This document shows positions 13,961 to 28,010 of a stretch of DNA of 64,000 nt, piece by piece (position 1 is the stretch's first letter; each line of letters opens with the position of its first letter). The notes beneath the pieces are model-generated. The model was not told the origin of the DNA and searched no databases. It saw only the letters and a program-made list of their open reading frames with translations. The stretch is from Squalus acanthias (lineage: Eukaryota): NCBI GenBank assembly GCA_030390025.1, contig CM059432.1:45386001-45450000 (forward strand), given 5' to 3'. Both the position numbers and the translations under genes were made by a program.

Positions 13961-14354
13961 GGGGTGAATTTTTAACACCCAAAAACAGGTGGGTTGGAAT
14001 CGGGTCAGATGTTAAAATTTAAAAGGTTTAACTGAAGCGGGACAAGGGGTGGGCAGCCAATCTGCTCCCAGGAGGCGGGTTGGCAATTTAAATATTTTAA
14101 TGAGGCTGGCAACCTCTGATTTAACCTGCTTTGCAGGTTTAACAGTGGCCGGCTGAGTTTCCCAGGCTTTGGGAAACCGGCAGCTGAAGGGAGGCGCACA
14201 CAGCTTCAGGGAGAAGGTAAGTGCCTTTACAGCACTGCTTGTGGGCAAGGAGGTGCAGGAGTGCTTCTCCCTGCCCCCCCGCCCCCCATACAAAGCCCCC
14301 CGGCATCAGGGATCAGACCCTCCCCGGGATTGAACCACCCCCGAGGGTCGGGGA

Positions 14355-14840
14355 TTGGTTGACAAGGCAGTTAATAAAGCATATGGCTTTATAAATAGAG
14401 GCATAGAGTACAAAAGCCAGGAAGTTATGTTAAAATCTTTATAAAACACTAGTTTGGCCCCAGCTGGAGTATTGTGACCAATTCTGGGCCCCACACTTTA
14501 GGAAGGATGTGAAGGCTTTGGAGCGGGTACAGAAGAGATTTATTAGAATGGTTCCAGGGATGAGGGATTACAGTTATGTGGATAGAGTGGAGAAGCTGGG
14601 GTTGTTCTCTTTCGAGCAAAGAAGGCTAAGAGGAAATTTGATAGAGGTGTTTAAAATCATGAAGAGGCAGAGGCGACATGAGGAAAAGCATTTTTACACA
14701 AGTGGCTCGGATTTAGAATGCACTGCCTGATAGGGTGGTGCATACAGATTCAATCTTCAGTCGCCTTCAAAAGGGAATTGGATAAATAATTGAAGGAGAA
14801 AAAAATCACAGGGATATGAGGAAAGAGCGGGGAAGTGGGA
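14355..14840 (+). mobile_element. CR1 3' fragment
   Basis: ALERVQKRFIRMVPGMR...LGLFS.EQRRLRG.LIEVFKIM. Confidence 0.85.
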
Positions 14841-15139
14841 CATTTAAAAAAAAAAGAGGAATTAGAGAAAAACTTTTCATTCTGATGATTGTGGATATTA
14901 CTTTGCAGTAAGTTGAACAGCACTTTTCTGCATGTTTTATGTTCTCAAGGTGTGACTTGTCAGGCTTTTACCAATTGACAACTGTAAAGTACGGAGTGAC
15001 TTAGTATTTCAGAAACCTATCTTATATGCATTGTAGAGTATACAGTAACTAGAATAGATGGATTGGGATTGTTAATAAGATATGTATTCTACAAGGAACA
15101 TATAAGTGCCTCAAACTAGCATTTGTTTCTTCTGCTTAG

Positions 15140-15211
15140 GATGGCAATGGATACATAGATGAGAATGAATTAGACGCTCTACTAAAGGATCTCTGCGAAA
15201 AGAACAAAAAG
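15140..15211 (+). CDS. CALB1: Calbindin 1 penultimate exon ([24 protein letters not shown])
   Basis: 72-bp exon bounded by tag/gta. Completes an EF-hand loop ([12 protein letters not shown]) and is nearly identical to CALB1. Confidence 0.95.
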
Positions 15212-15329
15212 GTAGTAACAACACATTTCAAAACCACTAATTTTAATAAGATGCACAAAATGAAGGCTTTATTTTAAAAGGATGTTCATGGAATTTAGTT
15301 AACTATATGATTTTTTTTTTTAAATACAG

Positions 15330-15443
15330 GACCTAGACATTCAAAATCTTACAACGTACAAGAAAAGCATCATGGCTTTGTCCGATGGAGGGAAACTCTT
15401 TCGGAAAGACTTGGCATTAATCCTCTGTGCTGAAGAGTTTTAA
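15330..15443 (+). CDS. CALB1: Calbindin 1 last coding exon ([37 protein letters not shown])
   Basis: cag acceptor and TAA at 15441-15443. The C-terminus [10 protein letters not shown] matches CALB1 rather than CALB2. Confidence 0.95.
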   Translation, partial: DLDIQNLTTYKKSIMALSDGGKLFRKDLALILCAEEF

Positions 15444-15641
15444 ATATCTTGCATTCTCATGTGCTTGTGATTTGTGTGAAGATAGCTGTGTGCTAAAAGG
15501 GTGTAGGATATGCTTTCCTTCTACCTGTAAAGTTCACTGATTGCATATAGATTAATCAGTAGAATGTGCAACACATTCTTTCTGATCTGTTGTATCTATA
15601 CTCTTTGTAATTTACTGCTTTTGTATCTACAGAATTCATAC

Positions 15642-15765
15642 AATAAAGTATACAACTGAAACTGATTATATGAAATGTGGCATAAAAGCAATTGTTTTTG
15701 TCTAGCACTGAAGGAAGGGTTTATATTAAATGTTCACAAAACTGTTGCAAAGATTGTTTAATAAA
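15642..15765 (+). terminator. Candidate CALB1 polyadenylation signals
   Basis: AATAAA at 15642-15647 and 15760-15765, downstream of the stop. Usage is not demonstrable from sequence. Confidence 0.45.
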
Positions 15766-16974
15766 TGCACTGAAGGTAAAAGATACATTGTGTAATTTCC
15801 ACAGTTTACAATTAAAGATGTTAAAATCAGCCCCATGAAAGATTTTCATTAATTGTTACATATCTGTTTCTTTTGAGCAAGGTATACTTTAAAAAAAATT
15901 GTAATACTTTAAATTAGACAGGAAACAAAATGCAAGTCAAGTAAAATCACTATGTTGAAGATTTTCTAGAATGACATAATTTATTAATGAGTATTAAGTT
16001 AAAGCTAATTTAATTTCTCTTCCGTGCTATTTTATTTGGTTGTTTTTATTTATATGTTGTTCTGTTCATTCTTTGCATCTTTCTGGGATATATAAAAGTA
16101 GATGGGAAACATCATGGATATACAGAGGATGCAGAGACTGAGTAAAGAGTAGAAAATGCTTGAGCCATGGGGAAAATACAGATAGGAAAGCATAAGCTAA
16201 CTGACAAAAGGCATACACATCATCATATACGAAGGCATTCACCAGTACAATTACTCTGTACGTTTAATACCGATTCCAGATTGCATTATAATGGACTTTT
16301 TTGCTTACAACATGGTCAGTGTAGCATCACTGTGTAGGTCAGTGGCTTTAAATCCACTCATAATCTGATATTTTAAAATTAAAAGTCATTAAAGGATTCA
16401 TTACACCAAATCTAATATCAAGGCCCTATAATCCTGTTTTTAAACATTTACTTTACAAACTAATGTCACTAGATACATTTTTGACAGAAGCTGTACGCCA
16501 CACTTTTAATATAATTTCCGTGTATCCTTTTCTCTGCATAAAATGTCAATTTACAAATTTAAGGAATCATCCTCAATTCCTACCTCTGTTGGCATTGTGC
16601 AAGTATTAGTTATAGTGATAGGCATAATAGTGACTGCACTACATGCTACATGGGAAACATTTTCAGGATATTTCAGTCCCACTCTGCCTTGTGGCTGGGC
16701 TGAGCAGAGTAGCAGAACTGCTGTCCCTTGTTTAATTAAAAATAATATTCCAATTGTCAAACTGTGATTCTAAATTAAGCAATATAGTTCCTATCAAAAG
16801 ACATTTCAACTTACATTAGGTTTCAAAATAATTCTTAGAAAAACCTGATCAAAATAAATCAACAAAAACCAAGAGTTCTTCTACTTGAATAAAGTTACCA
16901 ATTTGGCTGGCAGAATATTCTTGACTTGTATTATTTTAAATTCTGTTCAATTGTTTACAAGATTTATGTCATAC

Positions 16975-17034
16975 TTAGGAGCCTTTGGTTTTCCTAATCA
17001 GAGACTCTAGCATATCCCATTGTTCATTTGTAAC
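16975..17034 (-). CDS. DECR1: 2,4-dienoyl-CoA reductase 1 exon 10 (VTNEQWDMLESLIRKTKGS*)
   Basis: ag acceptor, 60 bp, TAA stop. C-terminus matches DECR1 (LIRKTKGS). Confidence 0.95.
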   Translation of the reverse strand, partial: VTNEQWDMLESLIRKTKGS

Positions 17035-17119
17035 CTAGAATAAAAAAGGAATGTGTGTTACCATTATTTGGCTAATCTATGATTAGTAACAACATTCTAA
17101 CAGAGATAAATGCATTATA

Positions 17120-17381
17120 CAGTAAACTCTTTCGTATCCGGCACCTATGGGACCAGGATGGTGCCGGTTGATGAAAAATTCTGGATAACAGAGAGGTATA
17201 TCTACCAAGGCAATTTTTAACACAAACAAAAATAAAAACCACTGACTAACTCGGCCACCGTGGGAGACTCGGACTCGGCAAAACGAGTGCTGGATGGATT
17301 CGGCAAGATTACCGGTTATCTATTTTGCCGGTTATTAAAGTATTCCGGATGATTAAGTGCTATTTAAACAAGAGTTTACTG
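17120..17381. mobile_element. Tc1/mariner (pogo/Tigger-like) MITE
   Basis: TIRs cagtaaactctt...aagagtttactg flanked by TA. Homologous to 28398-28822 and 50358-50781. Confidence 0.85.
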
Positions 17382-17569
17382 TATATGGTTTTATATTTCT
17401 GAAAAATGATTACAGAAACCAAATAATTGTACTAGTGAATAGCAGCTCCTACTATTTAACCAACCAGTAATAAGAGAACGTGAACTTTGAACTCTATGTT
17501 CTGTGTACACGTACCAAGTTCTTGGGTATAAGATTTGATGGAGAGCCTCTCAGTGGTGATACACTTTAG

Positions 17570-17988
17570 GGGTATGGTAGCATAGTGGTTATGTTACTGG
17601 ACTAATAATCCAGAGATGTGAGTTCACATCCCACCTGGGGGAATTTAAATTCAGTTAATTAAATAAATTTGGAATTAAAAAGCTAGCATCAGTACTATCG
17701 GATTGTTGGAAAAACCCATCTGGTTCACTACTGTCCTTTTGGGAAGGAAATCTGCCGTCCTTACCTGGTCTGACCTATATGTGATTCCAGACCCACAGCA
17801 ATGTGGTTGACTCTTAACTGCCCTCTGAAGTGGCCTAGCAAGCCACTCAGTTGTATCAAACCGCTACGACAAAGTCAGCACTGTGGGAGTACCTTCACCA
17901 TAAGGACTGCAGCGGTTCAAGAAGATGGGCAATAAATGCCGGCCTTGCCAGCGGCGCCCACATCCCGTGAACGAATAAATTAAATAAA
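17570..17988 (+). mobile_element. tRNA-derived SINE with a LINE-derived tail
   Basis: A-box-like tagcatagtgg and B-box-like gagttcacatcc. The 3' tail is shared with the LINE at 18920-19630, and the end is A-rich. Confidence 0.8.
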
Positions 17989-18155
17989 CACTTTCTTGTG
18001 GTCGGAAAAATGTGGTTCCCTGCAAAGCACACCTTTTGGACTGATATAAAAGCCGACGACAGTTATTTTGCTCTGCCTCCTGTATATGTAAGGAAGTCAG
18101 AAGCTAGGGGAAAGGGGGCATAAGAGAATGGAACAGTAGCTGAAGCTGACATTAC

Positions 18156-18218
18156 CTTCTGTAGATTGTTAAATTCACCAGCTATTGAAACATATTCACC
18201 ACCGTCAAACCTTATTAC
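18156..18218 (-). CDS. DECR1: DECR1 exon 9 (VIRFDGGEYVSIAGEFNNLQK)
   Basis: 63-bp AG/GT exon with the SDR C-terminal DGG motif. Confidence 0.95.
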
Positions 18219-18919
18219 CTAAAAAGCACAAACATAAAGGTTAATGTTCAATTACATTTGGTTTAAAACTTAATTAAAAAAATCTTTCTTATACTGCAGA
18301 ATATAAACAGCATGCACAAGAGTGTGAAATGTTTATGAAGCTGTAATGCTGAATGCCAGAGAGCACAAGTTCATATAACAGCACACAACATTGCTTTTGC
18401 GAAAGACCTCTTGCATCACCACTTAAGCACACCAATTTGCAGGGGAACAGAGTAAACTCATGAAAAGTTAATATTCATAACATCTGCAAAAGCTCGTGTG
18501 TGGAAAAATATAAGATTCTTTACAATTCAATTCCTGACTAAAGTTAAAACCTAAAATTATCCTAATTCATTACTATTGTCAAATTGCTTGTACATAGCTG
18601 AGCTTGGTAGTTTACGTCATTTTGTATTTTATTTTAGTGGAACTGGAGCACTCAATTAATATCTTAAAATTTCAATCACTCAAACTTGAAAGTTCACTTT
18701 TTTTAAACCCAGGTTAACATTAAATACCTAAAGTATTAACTTACATACTTATAGTTTGAACATGAATTGATAATATATAATACAAACAGCGCACACTCTT
18801 CTCCAAAGTAAAGTGCATCAGCTAACTTGTCTCATACAATGTTTGATTTCCATTTTTTATCCTGTATGGTTCAGCAATATGTAAGGGCATCACTACTGAT
18901 ACTATAATTCAGGAATTTT

Positions 18920-19837
<918 letters not shown>

Positions 19838-20506
19838 CTAAAAATAGAAAATACAATTGAAATCTCTCTCATATCTGACCAGGCAAACTTAATTTGAAAG
19901 CCACGACATATTTCAGTAAAAAAAATGCTTAGCTCTCACTTGAAGTACAATTATTCCAGACTCAAATAAAGAAAATGCATAATAGTACTAACATTTTTAG
20001 CATACTGTAGCTTTTAAACAGAGTGTCATAAATGCCCAGCGTTTACCTGGCCCAAGGTCTATGCAGGGCTTACAAGAAGACAAATAACTCAAAAATGAAA
20101 GCATAAACATTTCTGATTAACATTTAAAATTCAACCATTTTGTATGTTTTTCTGCTTCAGTAGCTTACATATTTATGAAATTATAGCATTGTTATGATAC
20201 ATTAGTCCATTTGTAAACCTCACCTAAAGGAGAAATCTATTAAAATTACATTCATTCTTGCAAATGAACAATCGTGTTTGGGAAAATAGAATGTAACATT
20301 TGTTCTTGAGATGTGACTGACACTGGAAAGACAGCATTTATTGTCCATCGCTAGTTGCTCTGAGGGCATTAAGAGATAACCGCATAATGTGGGACTGGAG
20401 TCATGCATTCTTCCTAGTTTGGACTATAATAGTGAACCACTTGGATTTTTACAATAATCCAGCAATTTTCATATTATTTTTCCCGGTGACAGTCCATAAA
20501 TTACCA

Positions 20507-20726
20507 TGATGCGGATTTGCTGGCGTTGGACTGGGGTGGACAAAAATGAGAAGTCGCACAACACCAGGTTATAGTCCAACAGATTTATTTAAAATTACAA
20601 GCTTTCAGAGCTATCCTGCCCCTTCTTCAGGTAAAGTTACTGTGAGAGAATCTACAAGAATTCACAGAATATAAACACAGAGAAAATGCAGAGATTCAAT
20701 CTTTCCCTACATCAAAGACACACTAA
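20507..20726 (-). mobile_element. Penelope-like element 3' end carrying a hammerhead motif
   Basis: 12-bp TSD cataaattacca (20495-20506 and 20727-20738). Same terminus as the 27.8-kb and 48-kb copies. Confidence 0.75.
20595..20634 (-). ncRNA. Minimal type I hammerhead ribozyme motif
   Basis: TTAC-CTGAAGA-A-GGGGC(aggata)GCTCT-GAAA-GC-T-T-GTAA. Confidence 0.7.
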
Positions 20727-20835
20727 CATAAATTACCAGATTTTATTGAATGCAATTTCAACTTGCAATACTGGGATTTGAATTCACAGCACAAAGTCAA
20801 AATACTGCAAATGTTGGAAATCTGAAATAAAAGAA

Positions 20836-21324
20836 AAACGACTTGCATTTATATAGTGCCTTTCACAACCACCGGACGTCCCAAAGTGCTTTACAGCCAA
20901 TTAAGTACTTTTTGAAGTGTAGTCACTGTTGTAATGTAGAAAACACTGCATCCAATTTGTCACTGTTGTAGGAAATGCAGCAGCCAGTTTGCACATCACA
21001 AGCTCCCACAAACAGCAATGTAATAATGACCAGATAATCTGTTTTTTTAGTGATGTTGATTGAGGGATAAACATTGGCCAGTACACCGGGGATAACTCCC
21101 CTGCTCTTCTTTGAAATAGTGCCATGGGACTTTTTGCGTCCACCTGAGACAGCAGACTTGGTTTAACGTCTCATCCGAAGGACGGCACCTCCGACAGTGC
21201 AGCACTCCCTCAGTTCTGCACTGGAGTGTCAGCCTAGATTTCTATGCTCAAGTCTCTGGAGTGGGACTTGAATCCACAACCTTCTGACTCAGAGGCGAGG
21301 GTGCTACCAACTGAGCCACGGCTG
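20836..21324 (-). mobile_element. DeuSINE (SacSINE1/AmnSINE1-like), near full length
   Basis: tRNA-like head gtggctcagttggtagc...gattcaagtccc, central domain ggatgagacgttaaacc...ccatggcactatt, and an L2-like tail. It splits a short Penelope-type end (about 20790-20835 and 21325-21383). Confidence 0.82.
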
Positions 21325-21424
21325 AAATATAAACAGAAAATGCTGGAAGTACTCAGCAGGTCAGGCAGCACCTGTGGAGAGAATTTACAATGTCTTGGTT
21401 GCTAGTCCAATACCATAACCACTA

Positions 21425-21826
21425 GAATCAAAGAATGGTTACAGCACAGAAGGAGGCCATTCAGCCCGTCATGCCCATGCTGGCTCTCTACAAGAGCACT
21501 TCAGCTAGTCCTACTCCCCAACCCTTTCCCCGTAGCCCTGCAAATCTTTTTCCTTCAGGTACTTATCCAATTCCCTTTCGAAAGCCACAATTGAGTCTGC
21601 CTCCTCCACCCTTTCAGGCAGTGCATTCCAGATCCTAACCACTCGCTGCGTAAAAAAGTTTTTCCTCATGTCGCCTTTGGTTCTTCTGCCAATCACCTTA
21701 AATCTGTGTCCTCTGGTTCTCGACCCTTTTGCCAATGGGAACAGTTTCTCTCTATCTACTCTGTCTAGACCCCTCATGATTTTGAACACCTCTATCAAAT
21801 CTCCTCTCAACCTTCTCTGCTCTAAG
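21425..21826 (-). mobile_element. CR1 3' end
   Basis: RGDLIEVFKIMRGLDRVDREKLFP...TRGHRFK...FFTQRVVRIWNALP. Confidence 0.88.
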
Positions 21827-24800
21827 CTGACAACTCTCCCACTTTAAAATTTACAAATATGGATTTGGCAATACAACTGTTCCGAGATTATTAATACACT
21901 CTGTGGAAAATTTCAAATGTTACTTAAAAAAAAATGCGTATACATTCTGAAAGCTACCATAGAAGATTAATCGGCATAAAGATCAGACCACATTCTTAAT
22001 TGCTTGATCACCTCAAGAACAAAATAATTTTAAGGACCAACCGTAATAAATTTTTAAAGAAATCTTTTTGACAGATAATTATTTTCATCTCCCAAGTGGA
22101 TTAATGATTTATAAAGATTTCCAAACACTTGTGCCAGTCTCAGTTGAGACTCTAAACTCTGGGCATTTTCTTGCAGTATAAAACTGCTTGTTTGATGTTT
22201 AATGATACACATTCAAACTTCAGCTTTGACCAGTAGGAATCTGACTAAGTGTAATGTTATTGCAGATGACATTCAGTAATCTGTACAATCTAATCTAGCT
22301 ACTAAAATCCCAAGACATTCAGCTCCACTAAGAAAACTCGGTAGAACTGACTGTTCATTTTTGGTACACAGGAGAAAGCTTAAGACACTGAAACAAAAGG
22401 GTTACTTTCTGATGATATTACAAACATGTTGCAGAAATGCTCTATTAATCTAAACTCTGCTCAGTTAGACAACCTTTTTTGCCCTGAGCTTAAGTAACTT
22501 CAAGTGCTGGTTGCTAGTGTGTTTGGGTCATTATGCCAAAAGCATTAGTTTCATGAGCAGCAGGTTTTATGGCAACGCAGTGGATATAATCAATCTGAGC
22601 ACTAACACAGACCTTCGCTGCAACAATTATCCCTTATCCAGACCGCCACCTGAATTTCTGGCTATTACTACTACTACTAACACTACTACTATTGCTGCAC
22701 CTACACCTACAACCACATACATTTGTGTAGTACCTTTAACGTAGAAAAATGATTCAAAGTGCTTCACAAATGCATGAAGGAAAAAAGTAGACACTGAGCA
22801 AAAGCAGGTATTAGGAGGAGTGATCAAAAACTTGGCCAAAAAGTGAGTCTTAAAAGGAGGAGAGTATCTGTTTTCTGGAAAGGGACACTTATCCCATTAA
22901 TGTCCAGAATTCAGCTCCTGTGGTGCAACAGGGTTACAACTGAAACCTCCCTCTGTTCACCAGGTGAAAAGATCCATGCCAGGTTTCTCAGCACAAAACA
23001 TTGGTTCATAGCTTGCCAATAAACCTAGAAAAAGTGGCCTTGTAAGCTTACAAAATATTGTGTCCCACAGTGCTCATTTTTTGACTTCTTGTGAAGGGAT
23101 ATTCATACCAATGAATCTTACAAACTCCAGGTTGGATCCAATGAGTGACTAATAGATACCATGAAGATAAAAAATACAAAGAGGCACTTCCCAATTAGGT
23201 GACATAACAACAGTATGCAAAAACAGACAACTATAATAAGGGTAGAGGTCTCACAAACGCCCCTGGTGGAGGATAGAAAAACTTGAAGGAATTGTACTGA
23301 AGTACCAGTGGGAAAATTAAAGATTTCCCATAGCCTCATACACATTCCAGCAACCTTGGCTTAGCTAGTGATCACCAGCTTTATATTTGGACTTCTATAT
23401 TTAAAAAAAGAGTCCCAGGGAACACCTGTCTGGGAAAGTTCCACAGGCAGGAGAAGCTTTGTTGGCAGCATTCTGTATCGATTTTTTGGGTCAATACAGA
23501 ATATTGATTTATAGTTGTGTGTACCTGGCATAAGTAAAGCTCAAGTTCTACCAATGTAAAGTGCTGTTGCAGTCAAAGAACTGCCCACATCTCTCCAGTT
23601 TTGTAAACAACGGATTTCAGCATGGACTAAATCAGCCTCATCCAGTCTACAAGTTTGAAATGGTTTGGACCAGTTTGAGTCCAGGAGTTACCAAAAAGGT
23701 AAGCAAGGCTGCAGCGTTTTGATGATTCTTCCACATAGTTTTCCCAAAATCCTTGCCGTTTGTTAGTTTTGGTAGTTTAGATGGAATTCCCGAATCCCAA
23801 GCAAGAAGCTAAATCTCATGTCCACCAAGTATCTAATTTGGTTTGTAACACACTACAGTTCCACATATTGATTGCTTAGCTCTAAAGTCAGTTGCATGGC
23901 TTACCACAATTATGTTGCATGAATCAAATTCACTTTTACTCATGGTCATTGGTATGAGGCTTTTCTCATCTTGTAGAGGGGCTGACTCCTCCTCCCCCAC
24001 CCGTCAAGGCAAAACTCAGGAGCAGCTTGGTACTGAGAGCATATTTGAGGAACATGGCAAAGATTTTTCTTCTGTTGATGCTAAATGCTTGGAGGAATGG
24101 TAAATGGAGCTATCTTGGTGTCGGATAACAATTGTTTCTTGATCTAGAGAATACTGGGGTTGATTTTCCTCAGCTCTGTACCCTGGCTATGCCTATTTCC
24201 TGGGCACAAAGCAGAGGAAAATAGGTGGAGCTACTTTTAGTCCATGTGTTGTTATCATTTTGATCCCCTTTATTGTCTTCCTACTTTATGGCTAGCCAAA
24301 TGTCAAAGTCCTATGGAATTCTATAAACTCGTTTTCATCAATATTTTTTGAATCAAATTCTAGAAAAATAGTCAAGAAAGTTATATATCCTGATTCCCAA
24401 CAACTAATGAATATACTTGGGAATGCTCCTGCATCATTACTAACTGCCGATACTATGGCTGCAATTTTCCCTACCTCGGCGGGTCCGTGGCGGGAGACAT
24501 CGGTGGTGGGTCTCGGCCCTGCTGTTGGCTCCCTCCCGGCCTCCGACATGACTTTCCCTTGATTGGGCTTGTTAAGCCCGCCCAGCGAGTTTCCCGGCCA
24601 ATTCAAGGAAGTGGGTCTGATGACGTCATTTATGACGCGTCATCAGCCGGTTTCCTTATAGGGACCATGCGCAAATTTACTTTGACATTTGTGCTGTCAG
24701 TGTTCTACAGCATTGAGCTGCTGCAGACACTGACAAGCACTGCACAGAGATGCAGGGCTGCACCCAGGCTTTCCCATGACTCCCTCCATATGCTTATGGA

Positions 24801-27800
24801 GGGAGTCACAGCATGCAGGGAGATTCTCTTCCCTTCCAATGGGCGGAAGAGATCTCCCTAGGAGATCAACACAGCCTGGTTGCACATTGCACAGGAGGGC
24901 ACAAGCAGGGATGTCGTCAGGAGGACCAGGCTGCAGTGGCGCAAACCTTTTAGTGACCTCGAGGGTAACAATCTCTGGATTATTGCCCGAGCCACATGCA
25001 AATTGGCATAGAAGCAGACAGATCAGGAGAATTAACATGTGGCTAAAGGGCTGGTGTGGGAAAGAGGGGTTCCTTTTCATGGGACACTGACACCAGTTCT
25101 GGGACAGGAAGGAGCTGTACCGATGGGGCCCGTGTTCTAGCGGAAAGGGTAAATAGGGAGGTGGCAAAGGCTTTAAACTAGTAAGATGGGGGGAGGGATC
25201 TACAAGAAACGTAGCCAGCCTAATTATAAACAAAACAGGAAAAGAGAGCATAGGAAAGAATAAAGTAAGGGAGGACATTGATGGCAAGGGAATAAATAAA
25301 GTTATAGAACAGGAGTCTAAAAAGATGGTTAAACATAAAGTGAGAGGAAATCCTATTAAAAATGAGTTAAACTATCTCTACAGCAATGCACACAGTGTCC
25401 GTAATAGAACAGGGGAGCTGGAGGCAATCATGCGTTGCGAGGAACCAGACATAGTAGGGATTACTGAGACATGGCTACAGAAAAATCAGGACTGGGAATT
25501 AAACATTGCAGTGTATAACATATTCAGAAAAGAGGAGAGGGAAAAAGGGGAGGTGGAGTAGCTGTACTTATTAGGGATAACATAATGGCAGTAGAAAAAG
25601 TGACGTAGCTATCAGCAAGACAAAAAATAGAATCCATATGGATAGAGATAAAAGATAATAAAGGACCAATCACATTAATAGGTGTAGTCTACAGACCACC
25701 TAATAGTGGAGGAAGAAATATGCAAGCAAATGAGGGAAATGAGTAAAAAACATAGAATAATCATCATGGGGGATTTCAACTACCCGAATATTAATTGGAC
25801 AGAAGAGGTAGGTAAAGGGGATAAGAGAATGGAGTTCCTACAATGTGCACTGGACTCCTTTCTAACCCAAAATGTGAAAAGCCCAACAAGGGAGGATTCG
25901 CTATTGGATCTAGTAATGGGGAATGAACCAGAGGAGATAAGAGAAGTAAAGGTAGGGGAACATCGAGGCAATAGTGAACATAATATAATATGCTTTAAGA
26001 TGATAATTTAGAAGGACATAAGTATGACGAAAACCAGGGTAATAGATTGAAGAAAAGCTGATTTTGAGGGGCTGAGACTAAAACATGGGAAAATAAAATG
26101 GGCACCAATATTGGCAAACAACGATGTAGAATAGCAATGGGAAACATTTAAAACGGTGTTCAACAGAGTGCAGGAACAATATTTTCTGCTAAAAGGAAAG
26201 AACAAACTAAACACTAATGAGACTCCATGGATGAATAAAGCTATAAAGGAACAATTGAGGGTAAGGAAAGAGGCATACATTAAGCACATAGACAGCAGTG
26301 GAGTGCATGATATGGGAGAATACGAAAATATTAGGAGAAAAGTCAAAAAAACAATTAGGAAGGCAAAGAAACATAGAAATATAGAAGATAGGAGCAGGAG
26401 TAGGCCATTCGGCCCCTCGAACCTGTTCCGCCATTTCATGAGATCACAGCTGGTCATCCAAATTCAGTACCCTGTCCCTGCTTTCTCCCCATATCCCTTG
26501 ATCCCTTTAGCCTTAAGAAATATATCTAAATCCTTCTTGAATATATTTAATGAATTGGCCTCAACTGCCTTCTATGGTAGAGAATTCCACAGGTTCACCA
26601 CTCTCTGGGTGAAGAAATTCCTCCTCATCTCAGTCCTAAATGGCTTACCCCTTATCCTTAGACTGTGACCCCTGGTTCTGGACTCCCCCGCCATCGGGAA
26701 CATCCTTCCTGCATCTAGTCTGTCTAGTCCTGTTAGAATTTTATATGTTTCAATGAGATCCCCTCTCATTCTTCTAAACTCTAGCGAATATAAGCCTAAT
26801 CGACCCAATCTCTCTTCATATGTCATTCCTGCCATCCCAGGTATCAGTCTGGTGAATCTTCGCTGCACTCCCTCCATGGCAAGAACATCCTTCCTCAGAT
26901 AAGGCGACCAAAACTGCACACAATACTCAAGGTGTGGTCTCACCAAGGCCCTGTACAACTGCAGCAAGACATCCTTGCTCCTGTACTCGAATCCTCTCGC
27001 TATGAAGGCCAACATACCATTTGCCTTCTTAACCGCCTGCTGCACCTGCATGCTTGCCTTCAGCGACTGGTGCACAAGGACACCCAGGTCTCGTTGCACT
27101 TCCCCTTTTCCCAATCTATTGCCGTTCAGATAATAATCTGCCTTCCTGTTTTTGCCACCAAAGTGGATAACCTCGCATTTATCCACATTATACTGCATCT
27201 GCCATGCATCTGCCCAATCAGCCAACCTGTCCAAATCATACTGGAGTTTCTCTGCATCCTCCTCACAGCACACACGCCCATCCAGCTTTGTGTCGTCTGC
27301 AAACTTGGAGATATTACATCTAGTTCCCTCGTCTAGATCATTAATATATATTGTGAATAGCTGGGGTCCTAGCACCGATCCCTGCGGTACCCCACTAGTC
27401 ACTGCCTGCCACTCGGAAAAAGACCCGTTTATTCCAACTCTTTGCTTCCTGTCTGCCAACCAGTTCTCTATCCAAGACAGTACCTTACCCCCAATACCAT
27501 GTGCTTTAACTTTGTACGCTAATCTCTTATGCGGGACCTTATCGAAAGCCTTCTGAAAGTCCAAATACACCACATCCACTGGTTCTCCCTTATCTATTCT
27601 ACCAGTTACATCCTCAAAAAATTCCAGTAGATTAGTCAAGCATGATTTACCTTTTGTAAATCCATGTTGACTTTGTCCGATCCTGTCACTGTTTTCCAAG
27701 TGCTCTGCTATTATATCTTTTATAATGGACTCCAGCATTTTCCCCACTACCGATGTCAGGTCTATAATTCCCCGTATTCTCTCTACCACCTTTTTTAAAT

Positions 27801-27829
27801 AGTGGGGTTACATTCGCTATCCTCCAATC

Positions 27830-28010
27830 TTTTGATGTGGAGATGCCGGTGTTGGACTGGGGTGGTCAAATGTGAGGAGTCGCACAACACCAGGTTATAG
27901 TCCAACAGCTTTATTTGAAATCACAAGCTTTCGGAGCGCTGATCCTTCGTCACCTGACGAAGGAGCAGCGCTCCGAAAGCTTGTGATTTCAAATAAAGCT
28001 GTTGGACTAT
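27830..28010. mobile_element. Penelope-like terminal fragment forming a foldback hairpin
   Basis: Arms 27897-27952 and 27955-28010 are reverse complements with one mismatch. Confidence 0.85.
27950..27986 (+). ncRNA. Minimal type I hammerhead ribozyme motif
   Basis: TCAC-CTGACGA-A-GGAGC(agc)GCTCC-GAAA-GC-T-T-GTGA. Confidence 0.75.

Noticed and set aside
3331..15443. Calling the EF-hand gene CALB2 (calretinin)
   Set aside because: The C-terminal sequence and the DECR1/NBN synteny indicate CALB1.
21255..21324. tRNA gene (also about 56795-56862 and 17570-17635)
   Set aside because: The A/B boxes are SINE heads continuous with SINE bodies and tails. No complete cloverleaf is evident.
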